This document shows, in pieces, positions 19,401-28,814 of a stretch of DNA of 64,000 bases (position 1 is the first letter of the stretch; every line of letters begins with the position of its first letter). Source of the DNA: Candidatus Izemoplasmatales bacterium. GTDB lineage: Bacteria; Bacillota_I; Bacilli_A; Izemoplasmatales; Hujiaoplasmataceae. The position numbers and the translations under genes are program-made. The notes under the pieces were generated by a model. The model saw only the letters and a program-made list of their open reading frames with translations, did not search any database and was not told the origin of the DNA. Location: the NCBI GenBank assembly GCA_050177605.1, contig JBFXGX010000002.1, positions 1 through 64,000 on the forward strand, in the 5' to 3' direction.

Positions 19401-22400
19401 CATCCAATACATTTGTTGGTGGGATTGCGACATTAAACGCTGGATCCATTCAAGATACAGCGAATCTAGGAAATGTATCAGTATACAATAGTTACACGAG
19501 TGGTGTTGCGACTTTTGCGACGGATACGAACTATGCAGGTTTAGTCACTGCCTATACCGCTGGTGTTGTTGTAGGTGGCGTCGTCGGTGTTACTTTATCA
19601 GGAAATGCTAGAGTTTATGATACTGGTAATAATGGAGATATTAATGCTATCGCTTATAAATTCGCTCGTTCAGGAGGCGTTTTAGGCGTAAGTCTTTATG
19701 ATGAAGCTAGCGCTGGAGGAATTACATCTGGCATGGGCCTCGTTGATACAATTGAAAACTCTGTTTTATCCAACGGTCTTAACTTTGGTAGTATTAGTGC
19801 AATCACATATCAAATAGGAACCTACACAACTTCTACAACGACACAGTCTTTCACTGTATATTATCTTAATGGTTCATCACTTGACACTTTCTCAGCTACA
19901 ACAACAACAGGGACACAAGAACGTCCGCAAATTAATGCAAGTGCTGGAGGTGTGATTGGATATGGGTTAAGTGTTATGAAAAACATGCTTAACCATGGGA
20001 CAATCTCATCAACGGATGTAGCCGGTGGAATTGTTGGAGCAACCTACGCTTTAGGTAGCGTAACAACCGTTACTCATATCACTACCGCAATTAATTATGG
20101 TGGAATCAAATCCATTTCCACCTCTAGTTATAATTCGATTAACAAGTATTTAGTGTCTACTTCAGATATATCTGCTTATTACATGGCAGATGGTAATTCA
20201 TTTATATTCCCATCTGGCTATACCGTAGAAATGCCTCGCGGAAAAAGGGGATTCGGTGGAATCTTTGGAAGGTTACAACGTGGTACCAACGGTGTCATGA
20301 CATCTGAAGGTGGAGAATTTGATTTTATTGTCAATGCCAATCCAAATATCGATTTGATTGGTCGTTTAGACCAAGTTTATAATTTTTCTAGTTCGAGTCG
20401 TTATTTTAGATTTAATGATGCGATTTATTATTCTGCAAAGTGGGATGATACCACTCAAGTCGTTTTTACAGGTTTTTACTATGGTTATTACGAAATAACG
20501 AGTTATACAGGCTCGAGTCGTAAGTGGTATATTACCGTAACTGCTTACCAATATGAACAAGTCGGTATCGTTTCCACCCAGAGTTCACCACTCGTTGCTT
20601 TAGATACTTATACTTACTACAGTACGAGTCGCTCTACTCCAGTTATAGGTCAGACCGTGACAAGTCCATCGCCATTTTATTATTCGCACATTCCTGTGCC
20701 TTGGATTACAGAAAATCCAAGTGACAGTCATATCACAGATTCAAATACGCAGTACATGTATGATGCTGATTTTGAGATGCGGACAAACTCTAATTTAAGT
20801 ACATATATTTATTATATGGAATATAATTTGTTGGCTGATCGTTTTAAAACTACAGGTACGAATCCTCGACCTAATGGAATGTATGTTCTATCGACAACGG
20901 CTGGGTCTACTTTTGGTAGTGTTTTGCCTGCGAATATTAATACCGATACCATTGGTCTTATTAATGAAGATTATGAAGATCAAATTAGTCTACTCATTGA
21001 TTATTCTAATCTTTCTATCGTATACCATGATACCCTAGATAGCGCGGTTCTTACGAAATATTACGCATTACGTCAAACAATATTTAATGAAAAGTCAGAA
21101 TTAATTCCTAATTCGAGTATTGATGTTGTTTTAACAGAAAATGGCGGTTCATCAACCGTTCTTTCAACACCGACAATTGATTATGATAATCATACGATTA
21201 CCTATCAAATATCGATGGAAGCCTATCTTGCAGGCGGCGTGAATGTCACTTACCAAGTGTCAAGTGCTCAAACCTCCTTGTATGCTTTAATCGCAGAACG
21301 ACCAGATGATTATTATGGTACAAGTCCATCTTCAGCACAGCTTCTTAGTTACCGTACGTTATTATTTCCAGAAAAAAGTATGGGCATTTCAACGAACTAC
21401 GCTCCTGTTCTTTCTGTAACCTTACCTTCGAAGACAATTACGTCGAATACAACACTATCGCTAGGATATTTAACCGTATTTTCAGAAGCCTTTGTAGGAA
21501 GTGATTTATTCGCTTCAGGAAATTACTATACAAACTATCATGTTTATGTTACATTTACTCCACAAATTAGTTCTGTATCTACAGGGACTATTGGAATTTC
21601 ATCCGTATCATTTAATGGTGGAAGTAATATTACTGTATCTAGTCAAACTGATATTCGTTCTTTGGGTGATGTCAATTACAATGGAACATTAACAATTAAT
21701 TTCCAAGATAGTAAGCACATTTGGGTGAGCGGATATGATTTCAAAAACTATTTCGTATTAAAATATAATGATGGTTCAATCGTCCCTTCCAGTTATTATA
21801 CTGTGACATCCTCTCCAGTATCGATTGTAAGTAATGTAGGTTACTACTCGATTACCTTTACATTTATTCCAGGAACTAGAATGGGAGATTATTACTTTGA
21901 ATATCGCTATTATGCTAGTTCGTCTCTATTAACGCTTAACTTTGATAAAGCTGCTTCTAGCGATAAAACAATATTTGACTTTAGTTATTATTCTGATTTA
22001 GATAGCATCTTGATTGCTGGAACATCGATCACATCTTCGGTAAATATTGGAACAACCATCAATATGGATTCTTCAACTTCGAATTTTACATCTTCAACAG
22101 ATCCATTGCTTGCGAGCTACTTATCGAATATAACCTATAATATTAACTATATGAATAGTGGAAGTTTATCGATTTCACCGTTCGCTTCAATTACCTCTGC
22201 TAGACTGGTTAGTGTAGCGTATAATAATGGATACATCACGTATACCTTAGAATACATAGTGAGGGCTGAAAATAACACGACAGCGACTTATACTCATACC
22301 CTTACTGAACGAGCTACGGATTTGAGTAGCGTTCTCAAAAATGGTAATGAAGTTGATTTGAATGATGTTTTTGCAGTGAGAGAAGATTTATCAACTGATT

Positions 22401-23704
22401 TTTCTGTTGATTTAGGATTTGATCAAAGTCTCAATTTATATCAATTAGATACCGCGACGAATTATATTTCTGTTTCAGTTACAGGAACGCATTTGGATGG
22501 TATCACGAATTATGATCCAAGTGAAATTTTAGGGATTACCTATACGACTGATGATTATTTACATATTTTAATGAGTTATGATACCTTACCAGGAATCTAT
22601 TCTTTCACCTTTACATATACGAGAGATACGATAGCTCATTCAATCACTTTCGCGACAACTTTAATTATTACAAAAAGAGCTGGTACAGACCCTTACTTAA
22701 CGGATATTCGTTTCTCTGATTTAGCCAATGAAACGGAGTACCCAATTATTCGTATTACCGATCAATATGGTGAAATCAATACGACGACAGGACTCGATCC
22801 GCGTGTTTACTTTGATGGTATTGACTATGACGAAGCGGACACCTTGGGATATCAATTCTTCCGAGTTGATGGAACTGTCGCGAATACACCACTGAATGAT
22901 TATATGCCTTATGTATTAAATTATTTACCATATGGCGCAACGATTGCGAAATATGCCTATAATTCAACAAGTTCTTCATGGTACTGGACTGATGAAGTCA
23001 CAGCCGCTTCAACAAGTGAAGAAAAAGCGGTATTACTTGCGGATTTCACGAAGTTTGCGGATACAGGACAAGAACCTGGTGAAGGTGAAGAAGTCGTTGT
23101 TTTATACCGCGTCACCTCTGAAGATGGTTCAAATTATACTTATTACTATGTTACAGTTACCGATGTTGTTTACAACGTTACACTTATTTTTGATATCTAC
23201 TATTGTGAAGATGAGACAAATAATGCTTGTGTCTTAGCCTCTGAAAGTGTTGACTTTGCAAATCAACTTGTGATTATCAATGTTAAAAACTATGATACAA
23301 ATGGCGATGATACAGTCGTTGGTGTTACCAATCCTGCAGATTACCCTACATTTAGTACAGTTAACCAGTTGAACAATCAAATGACACAATTTTATTTCAC
23401 GTATTCAGGTGACTACAGGTATAGTTTCGGACGTAATATCTCGGGCTTCTATGTCTTTGATATTGAACTTCCACTTGATCAGTACTTGAATGATATGTAT
23501 ACTTATGATATTGTATTTTCAGACTATACTTTAAATGATGCATCAAATTATGTATCTTATTTAGAAGGAAAATACTTCTATATTGAATATGCAACAAAAA
23601 ACAGATCAAGAAGATTCAATGTTTATATTCATCCAATTGCGAGTCCTTCAACGGACGCACCTTGGGGATTATTTGACTTCTTTAGATCATGGAAACAAGA
23701 ATAA
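16463..23704 (+). CDS. giant secreted adhesin-like protein (GLUG-like repeats, Ser/Thr/Tyr-rich), 2413 aa
   Basis: Sec signal ..FFVNA|EG; FTGSFDGQG, repeated (V/I)GG(V/I)xG and NxGxI motifs; no TM or LPXTG at C-terminus. Confidence 0.75.
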   Translation: MLYLRKNIKFMRLIAFFLVLVSALALMPFFVNAEGITTADPTSDILEFTGDFTWDDTLNVKTSTSLYITYTDFRTNYCTVSSTASECASAANGKFIRFDTAEELYRFSVDVSYEHVYISSNPSENVKLSQDKIAVLLSLNYVLGNNIDYSVMGAKTFIPIGYWFSDVDGIEHKNIFTGSFDGQGFVVKNLYVAGYDYLVYVDQIDAVTTIDIALSNYYSMFPFNGGEITDFGLYNPTFELLNLHIDITKASNIVGINLSSGVVDHVYVIDDRTDVTEAGIRYKVGTATGSFQAAGIIHTNQGTFTNAYYVSKVVVNGSYINKFSVQPVLYLNQGTISNLVYDSSVYLLNVTVGTSTFTVTTPNSLAVGESSATLKSSSSSLNTATDLWYFYASDTYPLLQGLVYDNTLQAYLISTPIDLAFFSRVIAFLTERSGVKFSEDDYVLTNDIDMSVLAPGAYATPSVTFTGTFSGYNSSGSALVDNYYIYNLNLTKGVIRGTGYYVGLFSIIGTNAVVSNFNISQSSYTLATTESYYSYTFYAGSVAGRLTTGTIEDIITDVDIDMGTTAIGKTYLGGVAGEASGLIQRVATYGSLNMNSHTYDVSYNVNPKFYIGGSVGGADLLQLKLKDTVNYGDIYGFGTTSTFNFVSGVTSIETKVGGVIGYILNTSTIKHQLVNVANNGDIYLVSTTNTLSIPSTKRIGGVFGELSGYAPVLESSNVYQFANLYNTGTIHAYYESGSSTIQAAGIGISNTSTAVEYALLFNHGTFDYDATGASYASPTFKYTGTIFDVSSSDVTLSRVYNYGNLTYTSNYYTNINALYYSLNDNQTLIRFSANYGDISYMNNNGASAITLAAPLYISGITTSNNVNFLNVVNGGEIAVVNVNNGSHSIYISGITTSLQSGYYIKNSLNQGNITFAKINGTANIYVGGIVVSNYSGDLHLGTQSTTQPIATVGIINTMNYGNISTSYGLQAQNLYGITGSSNTFVGGIATLNAGSIQDTANLGNVSVYNSYTSGVATFATDTNYAGLVTAYTAGVVVGGVVGVTLSGNARVYDTGNNGDINAIAYKFARSGGVLGVSLYDEASAGGITSGMGLVDTIENSVLSNGLNFGSISAITYQIGTYTTSTTTQSFTVYYLNGSSLDTFSATTTTGTQERPQINASAGGVIGYGLSVMKNMLNHGTISSTDVAGGIVGATYALGSVTTVTHITTAINYGGIKSISTSSYNSINKYLVSTSDISAYYMADGNSFIFPSGYTVEMPRGKRGFGGIFGRLQRGTNGVMTSEGGEFDFIVNANPNIDLIGRLDQVYNFSSSSRYFRFNDAIYYSAKWDDTTQVVFTGFYYGYYEITSYTGSSRKWYITVTAYQYEQVGIVSTQSSPLVALDTYTYYSTSRSTPVIGQTVTSPSPFYYSHIPVPWITENPSDSHITDSNTQYMYDADFEMRTNSNLSTYIYYMEYNLLADRFKTTGTNPRPNGMYVLSTTAGSTFGSVLPANINTDTIGLINEDYEDQISLLIDYSNLSIVYHDTLDSAVLTKYYALRQTIFNEKSELIPNSSIDVVLTENGGSSTVLSTPTIDYDNHTITYQISMEAYLAGGVNVTYQVSSAQTSLYALIAERPDDYYGTSPSSAQLLSYRTLLFPEKSMGISTNYAPVLSVTLPSKTITSNTTLSLGYLTVFSEAFVGSDLFASGNYYTNYHVYVTFTPQISSVSTGTIGISSVSFNGGSNITVSSQTDIRSLGDVNYNGTLTINFQDSKHIWVSGYDFKNYFVLKYNDGSIVPSSYYTVTSSPVSIVSNVGYYSITFTFIPGTRMGDYYFEYRYYASSSLLTLNFDKAASSDKTIFDFSYYSDLDSILIAGTSITSSVNIGTTINMDSSTSNFTSSTDPLLASYLSNITYNINYMNSGSLSISPFASITSARLVSVAYNNGYITYTLEYIVRAENNTTATYTHTLTERATDLSSVLKNGNEVDLNDVFAVREDLSTDFSVDLGFDQSLNLYQLDTATNYISVSVTGTHLDGITNYDPSEILGITYTTDDYLHILMSYDTLPGIYSFTFTYTRDTIAHSITFATTLIITKRAGTDPYLTDIRFSDLANETEYPIIRITDQYGEINTTTGLDPRVYFDGIDYDEADTLGYQFFRVDGTVANTPLNDYMPYVLNYLPYGATIAKYAYNSTSSSWYWTDEVTAASTSEEKAVLLADFTKFADTGQEPGEGEEVVVLYRVTSEDGSNYTYYYVTVTDVVYNVTLIFDIYYCEDETNNACVLASESVDFANQLVIINVKNYDTNGDDTVVGVTNPADYPTFSTVNQLNNQMTQFYFTYSGDYRYSFGRNISGFYVFDIELPLDQYLNDMYTYDIVFSDYTLNDASNYVSYLEGKYFYIEYATKNRSRRFNVYIHPIASPSTDAPWGLFDFFRSWKQE

Positions 23705-23717
23705 ATATTAGGAGATT

Positions 23718-26276
23718 TTGTGTGTGAGAACGACCGTCAAAGTAAAACAAAATAGTTTATCGAGAAGAATTGTCAGTTTGACTGTTTTTCTTGATGCGCT
23801 GTTCTTGGTCTTAATTATGGCGGTTCTTGCATTTATCTTTATTTCTAGTTCAAGACAAAACAAGATGGATACGGCAATGAGTTCTTCAGAAGCGACAGTG
23901 TCGGCCATTCAAGCATTTTATGATGAAACATTCAGTATGATTGACTCGCTTTCGAAAGACCAAGATATCATTGATTACTTAACTTATTTATCAAGCGCTT
24001 CTTCACCAATCGTAACGAATCCATCAGATAGTCACTATGTTCTATATGAAAACTTCATGTCAAAACTCGATAGTATGAGTCACTACAATAATGGTGGTAT
24101 TTATGATTTTGTTTTCGTTGCCAGTGAAAATGCGTGTTCATCCGGAAGTGATGGCTGTTATATTGGTAGCGATGAACATTATTCGGATGCCTCATGGAAC
24201 TTAAGCCAACGTCCTTGGTTCATTGATTTAGGTGAAAAAAACGCTGTTGTATCTCATCCTTATCTAGATAGCCTTACTTCAGAAATGACGATTACTTTCG
24301 TGATGAAAGTATACGATGGAGAGAACTTGATTGGATACATCGGTATGGATGTCTGGGTATCGAGTATTGCTTCAGCGGTTAATTTATATGATTATACTTC
24401 CGATCAAGCGGGGAAATACATTGTCATTACTGAAATGAATAACGAACAATCGGTGATTTTGTATTTTTCAAATGAAAATTACCCACTGTATACCTTAGCG
24501 AATACTTCTCAGTTTGATACAATTGATAGTAACTATGGTTTTCAAAATGGAATGGCATCGCTATTGAATGATTCTATTAATTCATCGATTGTTGAAATTT
24601 CAACCCTTGGGGATACATACTTTGTTTATCAAGAAACCTTAACCGGTGGAAGTTGGACAGTTAGCGTGCTTGTTGAAGATACCCAACGAATTGGATTAGA
24701 AGCTGCCTTTTTTATTCTTCTTGGATTGATTATGGGATTAATGGCAGTTGTATCTCTTATTTTATCTAAAAAAATTAATCAAACCTTATCACCAATTAAT
24801 AATATTATCGAATCCATTGATGAAATCAAAAATGGAAATTATGATGTAAAAATTAAAGTCAATGAGAATAACGAACTAAAATACGTTGCGGATGCTCTCA
24901 ATTTGATGTCCAAAGAAATTGGAAAACAAGTGAATTTAGTTTATGAAACTTATGTATTTGACCAATTAACGGGATTAAAGAATCGTAAAGCAGTGCATTC
25001 TGATATTGATGAAGCATTATTTAATGGTACAGATAAAGTCGCTGTTTGTTTACTCGATATTGATAACTTTAAAAGTATTAATGTCACTAAGGGACAAAAC
25101 ATTGCGGATGAATTATTAAAATCCATCGCATCTCGTCTTAAAATGACTTTACGTTACAAGGAATATGTTTATTTTAATAGTGGGAATGAATTTGTCTTTA
25201 TCGTTCCTAAAGTAAAACAACTAGAAACAGTGGAATCAGAAATTCTACGTGTGATTGAAAACTTCCAAGACCCACTTGAAGTTAAAAATATTAAAGTGGA
25301 TGTGAAAGTGCATATCGGTGTATCCATCTATCCTTCAGATGGAAAAAATATGACCGAATTAATGAAAAAATGCGATACAGCATTATACAAAGCAAAAGAA
25401 TCACAATCGGTGAAATTTGTCTTCTATAACGATCAACTTACGAGAGAAGTCAATTATCGCGCTCAAATCAATGAAGAACTATCACTCGCTCTAGGCAGAA
25501 ATCAATTATACTTAAAGTATCAGCCACTGATTGATAGCCGCAATGAAATCTATGGCTTTGAAGCCCTTGTTAGATGGAAATCTCCAACACTTGGTGAAAT
25601 CAGTCCGCAAATATTTATTGCGAATGCAGAAGAATCACATATGATTATCCCAATTGGTACATGGATTTTAAGAGAAGCTTGTCGTACCCAGGTCAAACTA
25701 AAAGCCCAATTTGGGAAAAGTTTTGTAATGAGTATTAATGTGAGCCCGGTACAAATCATTCAAAAGGATTTTATTGATGTACTGAAACGAGTTATCCGTG
25801 AGACGGAAATTGATCCGCAAGATTTAGTGTTAGAAATCACCGAGGGTGTGTTAATTGAATCTACAATTTATCTTGAAGAAACAATCAATTTCCTTCATAA
25901 TATTGGTGCGAGAATCGCACTTGATGACTTCGGTACGGGATATGCATCCTTAACCTATTTACGTAAAATTCCGTTTGATAATTTGAAAATTGATAAATCG
26001 TTCGTTGATGGCATCTTCGCAGGAAAAAAAGATCACTCAATCATTGGTACAATTGTCGACATGGTCCATAATCTCGATATGAAGGTTGTGGCAGAAGGTG
26101 TCGAAACGAGAAAACAATATGAATATTTAAAACAAATTTCAACGGATATTTTCCAAGGCTTTTTATTCTCAAAAGCGCTTGAACTGGATGAACTAAAAAA
26201 ATATATAGATCAATTCTATAAAGTGGCGAAAGCAAAACGTATTGATGTATTCGCCGCAAAAGATTATGCTGAATAG
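23718..26276 (+). CDS. membrane sensor (Cache-like + HAMP) with degenerate GGDEF and intact EAL phosphodiesterase
   Basis: 2 TM; RPWF..PYLD Cache motif; GGDEF replaced by SGNEF; EALVRW, EITE, DDFGTGYASL, KIDKSF, EGVE, QG intact. Confidence 0.9.
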   Translation: MCVRTTVKVKQNSLSRRIVSLTVFLDALFLVLIMAVLAFIFISSSRQNKMDTAMSSSEATVSAIQAFYDETFSMIDSLSKDQDIIDYLTYLSSASSPIVTNPSDSHYVLYENFMSKLDSMSHYNNGGIYDFVFVASENACSSGSDGCYIGSDEHYSDASWNLSQRPWFIDLGEKNAVVSHPYLDSLTSEMTITFVMKVYDGENLIGYIGMDVWVSSIASAVNLYDYTSDQAGKYIVITEMNNEQSVILYFSNENYPLYTLANTSQFDTIDSNYGFQNGMASLLNDSINSSIVEISTLGDTYFVYQETLTGGSWTVSVLVEDTQRIGLEAAFFILLGLIMGLMAVVSLILSKKINQTLSPINNIIESIDEIKNGNYDVKIKVNENNELKYVADALNLMSKEIGKQVNLVYETYVFDQLTGLKNRKAVHSDIDEALFNGTDKVAVCLLDIDNFKSINVTKGQNIADELLKSIASRLKMTLRYKEYVYFNSGNEFVFIVPKVKQLETVESEILRVIENFQDPLEVKNIKVDVKVHIGVSIYPSDGKNMTELMKKCDTALYKAKESQSVKFVFYNDQLTREVNYRAQINEELSLALGRNQLYLKYQPLIDSRNEIYGFEALVRWKSPTLGEISPQIFIANAEESHMIIPIGTWILREACRTQVKLKAQFGKSFVMSINVSPVQIIQKDFIDVLKRVIRETEIDPQDLVLEITEGVLIESTIYLEETINFLHNIGARIALDDFGTGYASLTYLRKIPFDNLKIDKSFVDGIFAGKKDHSIIGTIVDMVHNLDMKVVAEGVETRKQYEYLKQISTDIFQGFLFSKALELDELKKYIDQFYKVAKAKRIDVFAAKDYAE

Positions 26277-26287
26277 AGGTGTTTAAA

Positions 26288-27811
26288 ATGAAAATTCAAT
26301 TCTTATCGGATGTTAATTATCCGGCACAGACCTATGAAGTCGTTGCGGCGTTTGTCATTATCATATCGGTCTCTGTGGTGATTTATTTTCTAGCTAGAAA
26401 TATTTGGAAAGAATTTAAATCTTCACAAAATGATAAGAAACTAGTCAAACGAAACTTAAATGGCGATCAAAAGGAAGATAAACTCGACTCAAAACTAGTA
26501 GTGGAAAGACGCGCAGTAAGTAAAAATAGTAAAGATTTAAGTGCACTCATTAATCAAGAGATTTTTCACTCCAAAGAGGGTCAAACGATTAGCGTATTAT
26601 ATTATATTAACTTAGATAACTTTCACTATATCGGAGAAAAATATACGCCTAAACAAGTTGATAAAGCGATTAGTGAGATCACAAAGAGAATCAAAAAACA
26701 TGCTGCGAAAACCTCCATTTCTGGTCATGTGGGTGAAGACACGTTTTTAGTGTATTTTACCGGTGAAGTGAATAATCAATCCATTAAAGAGAGCGCAGAA
26801 GCGCTTCTTGATGTTATTCGCGAACCATTAAAATCCATTCCAGAAGAGCTTACTGCTTCGATGGGTATAGTTCTCTTCCCATTTGATGGAATTAGTGCCT
26901 CACAGTTAATTAAAAACGCTGAAGTTGCATTATATGTATCCAAAAAAGAAGGAAAAAATCGTTACTCACTTTATTCAGAAGATTTAATTGCTAAAGAACA
27001 ATTTAACATTAGTTATTACCAAGAAATAAAAAAATCCATCTCAAATGATGAATTCATTCTGTATTATCAACCGATTGTCGATATTAAGACTGGTAGAATG
27101 ATTGGACTTGAATCACTCTTACGTTGGAACCATCCAACAATGGGTATTTTACCTCCTGGAAAGTTCTTAAATGTTATGGATTTAACTGGAGACATTACCT
27201 GGTTCGGTAAATGGGGCTTTGAAAAAATCGTTGGACAGTATCAGTTATGGAAGAAAAAATATAAAATTAGAGATTTATTTATTTCTACCAACCTTTCTCC
27301 TAAACAATTAGTGATGGAGAATCTAGCAGATGATTTTCACAACATCGTTAAAAAATATGAATTTCCTGCAGAATCATTCTGCTTAGAGATCATTGATTAT
27401 TATTCGATTATTCGTAATCCAATTGCTCTTCAAAATATCACTGAATTCCGTCGCTACGGTTTTAGAATTGCTATTGATGATTTAGGCGATCAGTTTGAAA
27501 TACTTGAAGATATGACAAGAGTCAAAGCAAATATCATCAAGATTTCGCGTGAAGATGTGCTTAAGATTATGAATGGATTCCAAGAAGAACAATCCATTAC
27601 CAAGGCTATCCTTCTCGCTCAACAAAACCAAAAAGTGGTTGTTGCGGAAGGAATAGAAGACGAAAACATGATTAAAGCAATGGCTGAACGTGACATTCGT
27701 TTCATGCAAGGGTACTTTTTCTCTCAACCCAAATCTGTTGAGGATACAGAAAAGATTTTTAGAAGTTCTCCATGGAATGCGGATGAATTCGCTCGTATAA
27801 CTAAAAATTAA
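26288..27811 (+). CDS. single-TM degenerate GGDEF-EAL protein (candidate cyclic-dinucleotide receptor)
   Basis: GEDTF instead of GGDEF; ESLLRW, EIID, DDLGDQFEIL, KISRE degenerate EAL motifs; GAGGTG RBS before ATG 26288. Confidence 0.85.
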   Translation: MKIQFLSDVNYPAQTYEVVAAFVIIISVSVVIYFLARNIWKEFKSSQNDKKLVKRNLNGDQKEDKLDSKLVVERRAVSKNSKDLSALINQEIFHSKEGQTISVLYYINLDNFHYIGEKYTPKQVDKAISEITKRIKKHAAKTSISGHVGEDTFLVYFTGEVNNQSIKESAEALLDVIREPLKSIPEELTASMGIVLFPFDGISASQLIKNAEVALYVSKKEGKNRYSLYSEDLIAKEQFNISYYQEIKKSISNDEFILYYQPIVDIKTGRMIGLESLLRWNHPTMGILPPGKFLNVMDLTGDITWFGKWGFEKIVGQYQLWKKKYKIRDLFISTNLSPKQLVMENLADDFHNIVKKYEFPAESFCLEIIDYYSIIRNPIALQNITEFRRYGFRIAIDDLGDQFEILEDMTRVKANIIKISREDVLKIMNGFQEEQSITKAILLAQQNQKVVVAEGIEDENMIKAMAERDIRFMQGYFFSQPKSVEDTEKIFRSSPWNADEFARITKN

Positions 27812-27838
27812 AAAAAGGCAAGCTGCGGCTTGCCTTTT
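27810..27838. terminator. bidirectional terminator
   Basis: AAAAGGCAAGC/GCTTGCCTTTT perfect stem. Confidence 0.85.
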
Positions 27839-28448
27839 ACTTTGGTAAAAATAATCCTTTATTTAATATTTTCATAGCTTCATCTGTGACATAATCAATA
27901 TACGCTTCATCAACATTATCTTTAAATAAAACCTGAAGACCACAAAAGTTCGCTATCCCCATAAGGACATAAGAAGCAGTTTCTAAATCAATTTCAGGAC
28001 GAATTTCACCAGTCGCTAAATGCTTTTTTAAATGATAGATATAGGACTCAGCAAAACTTTGATAATATTCTCTAAAGATTTCTTGATCAACAAACAAGGA
28101 TTCCCAAACGACTTTATAAGCAAGGGGATCCTTTTTTACATACTGGAGGAATGACTTAATCCCAGCACGTTCCATATCCTCTCTTCTTTCAAGTCCTTGA
28201 ATAGCTTTCGAAGAAGCATTTCGAATGGACACTCTGTATTGATCTAGAAGATATAAATACAGCGCAAGCTTGTTATCGAAATAGATATAAAAAGTTCCAG
28301 CCGCCACTTTTGATTTTTCAATAATATCATTAATTGAGGTTGATTGATAGCCATTCTTAGAGAATAACTTTTTTCCTGTGGATATAATTTTATTAAACGT
28401 TTTTTGACCGACTTTTGTTTTCGGCACTCGATAATTATTTACAGACAT
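27837..28448 (-). CDS. TetR/AcrR family regulator (FadR/YsiA-like)
   Basis: LFSKNGY..TSINDI...VAAGTFYIYFDNK HTH. Confidence 0.92.
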   Translation of the reverse strand: MSVNNYRVPKTKVGQKTFNKIISTGKKLFSKNGYQSTSINDIIEKSKVAAGTFYIYFDNKLALYLYLLDQYRVSIRNASSKAIQGLERREDMERAGIKSFLQYVKKDPLAYKVVWESLFVDQEIFREYYQSFAESYIYHLKKHLATGEIRPEIDLETASYVLMGIANFCGLQVLFKDNVDEAYIDYVTDEAMKILNKGLFLPK

Positions 28449-28526
28449 GTCTTATCACCAACATCATTTTAACCCAAAGATAAAAAAAAGACAAGAGATA
28501 TTTACAATGTTCTAGACGCCATACAT

Positions 28527-28546
28527 AGGTGAATAAAGTTTCATAT
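28527..28546. promoter_or_regulatory. candidate TetR operator, copy 2
   Basis: TGAATAAAGTTTCA, similar to 28718-28731. Confidence 0.45.
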
Positions 28547-28667
28547 ATCAAAATCGTGATAGCGCTTTCTATTAAAAATCCCGTTTTTTAGCCAAATATC
28601 GCACTTAAACATTATTTAGTAGGTATATGGCGTATATTTTCAAAAACTGAAAAAAACTATTTTTGAT

Positions 28668-28705
28668 TGAAAGCGCTTGACATTTATTTCATAGTCGATT
28701 AAAAT
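28668..28705 (+). promoter_or_regulatory. sigma-A promoter with overlapping cre/LacI-like site
   Basis: TTGACA 28677-28682, 17 nt, TAAAAT 28700-28705; TGAAAGCGCTTGAC 28668-28681 overlaps the -35. Confidence 0.7.
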
Positions 28706-28714
28706 ACAATCAAG

Positions 28715-28734
28715 ATATGAATAAATATTCACAT
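28715..28734. promoter_or_regulatory. palindromic TetR operator just after the predicted start site
   Basis: ATATGAATA-AA-TATTCACAT, one mismatch from a perfect inverted repeat. Confidence 0.65.
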
Positions 28735-28814
28735 ATTTTTATTGGTTTTGAAATGATCAAAAGCTTAAGCAAATCGATGCTTAGGCTCTTTCATATGAAA
28801 AAGGGAGGTTCTTT

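Noticed and set aside
23718..26276. Possible Hypr-type cGAMP synthase or active diguanylate cyclase
   Set aside because: Signature is SGNEF and NVTKGQ instead of GGDEF and NDxxGH; specificity residue is Asp.
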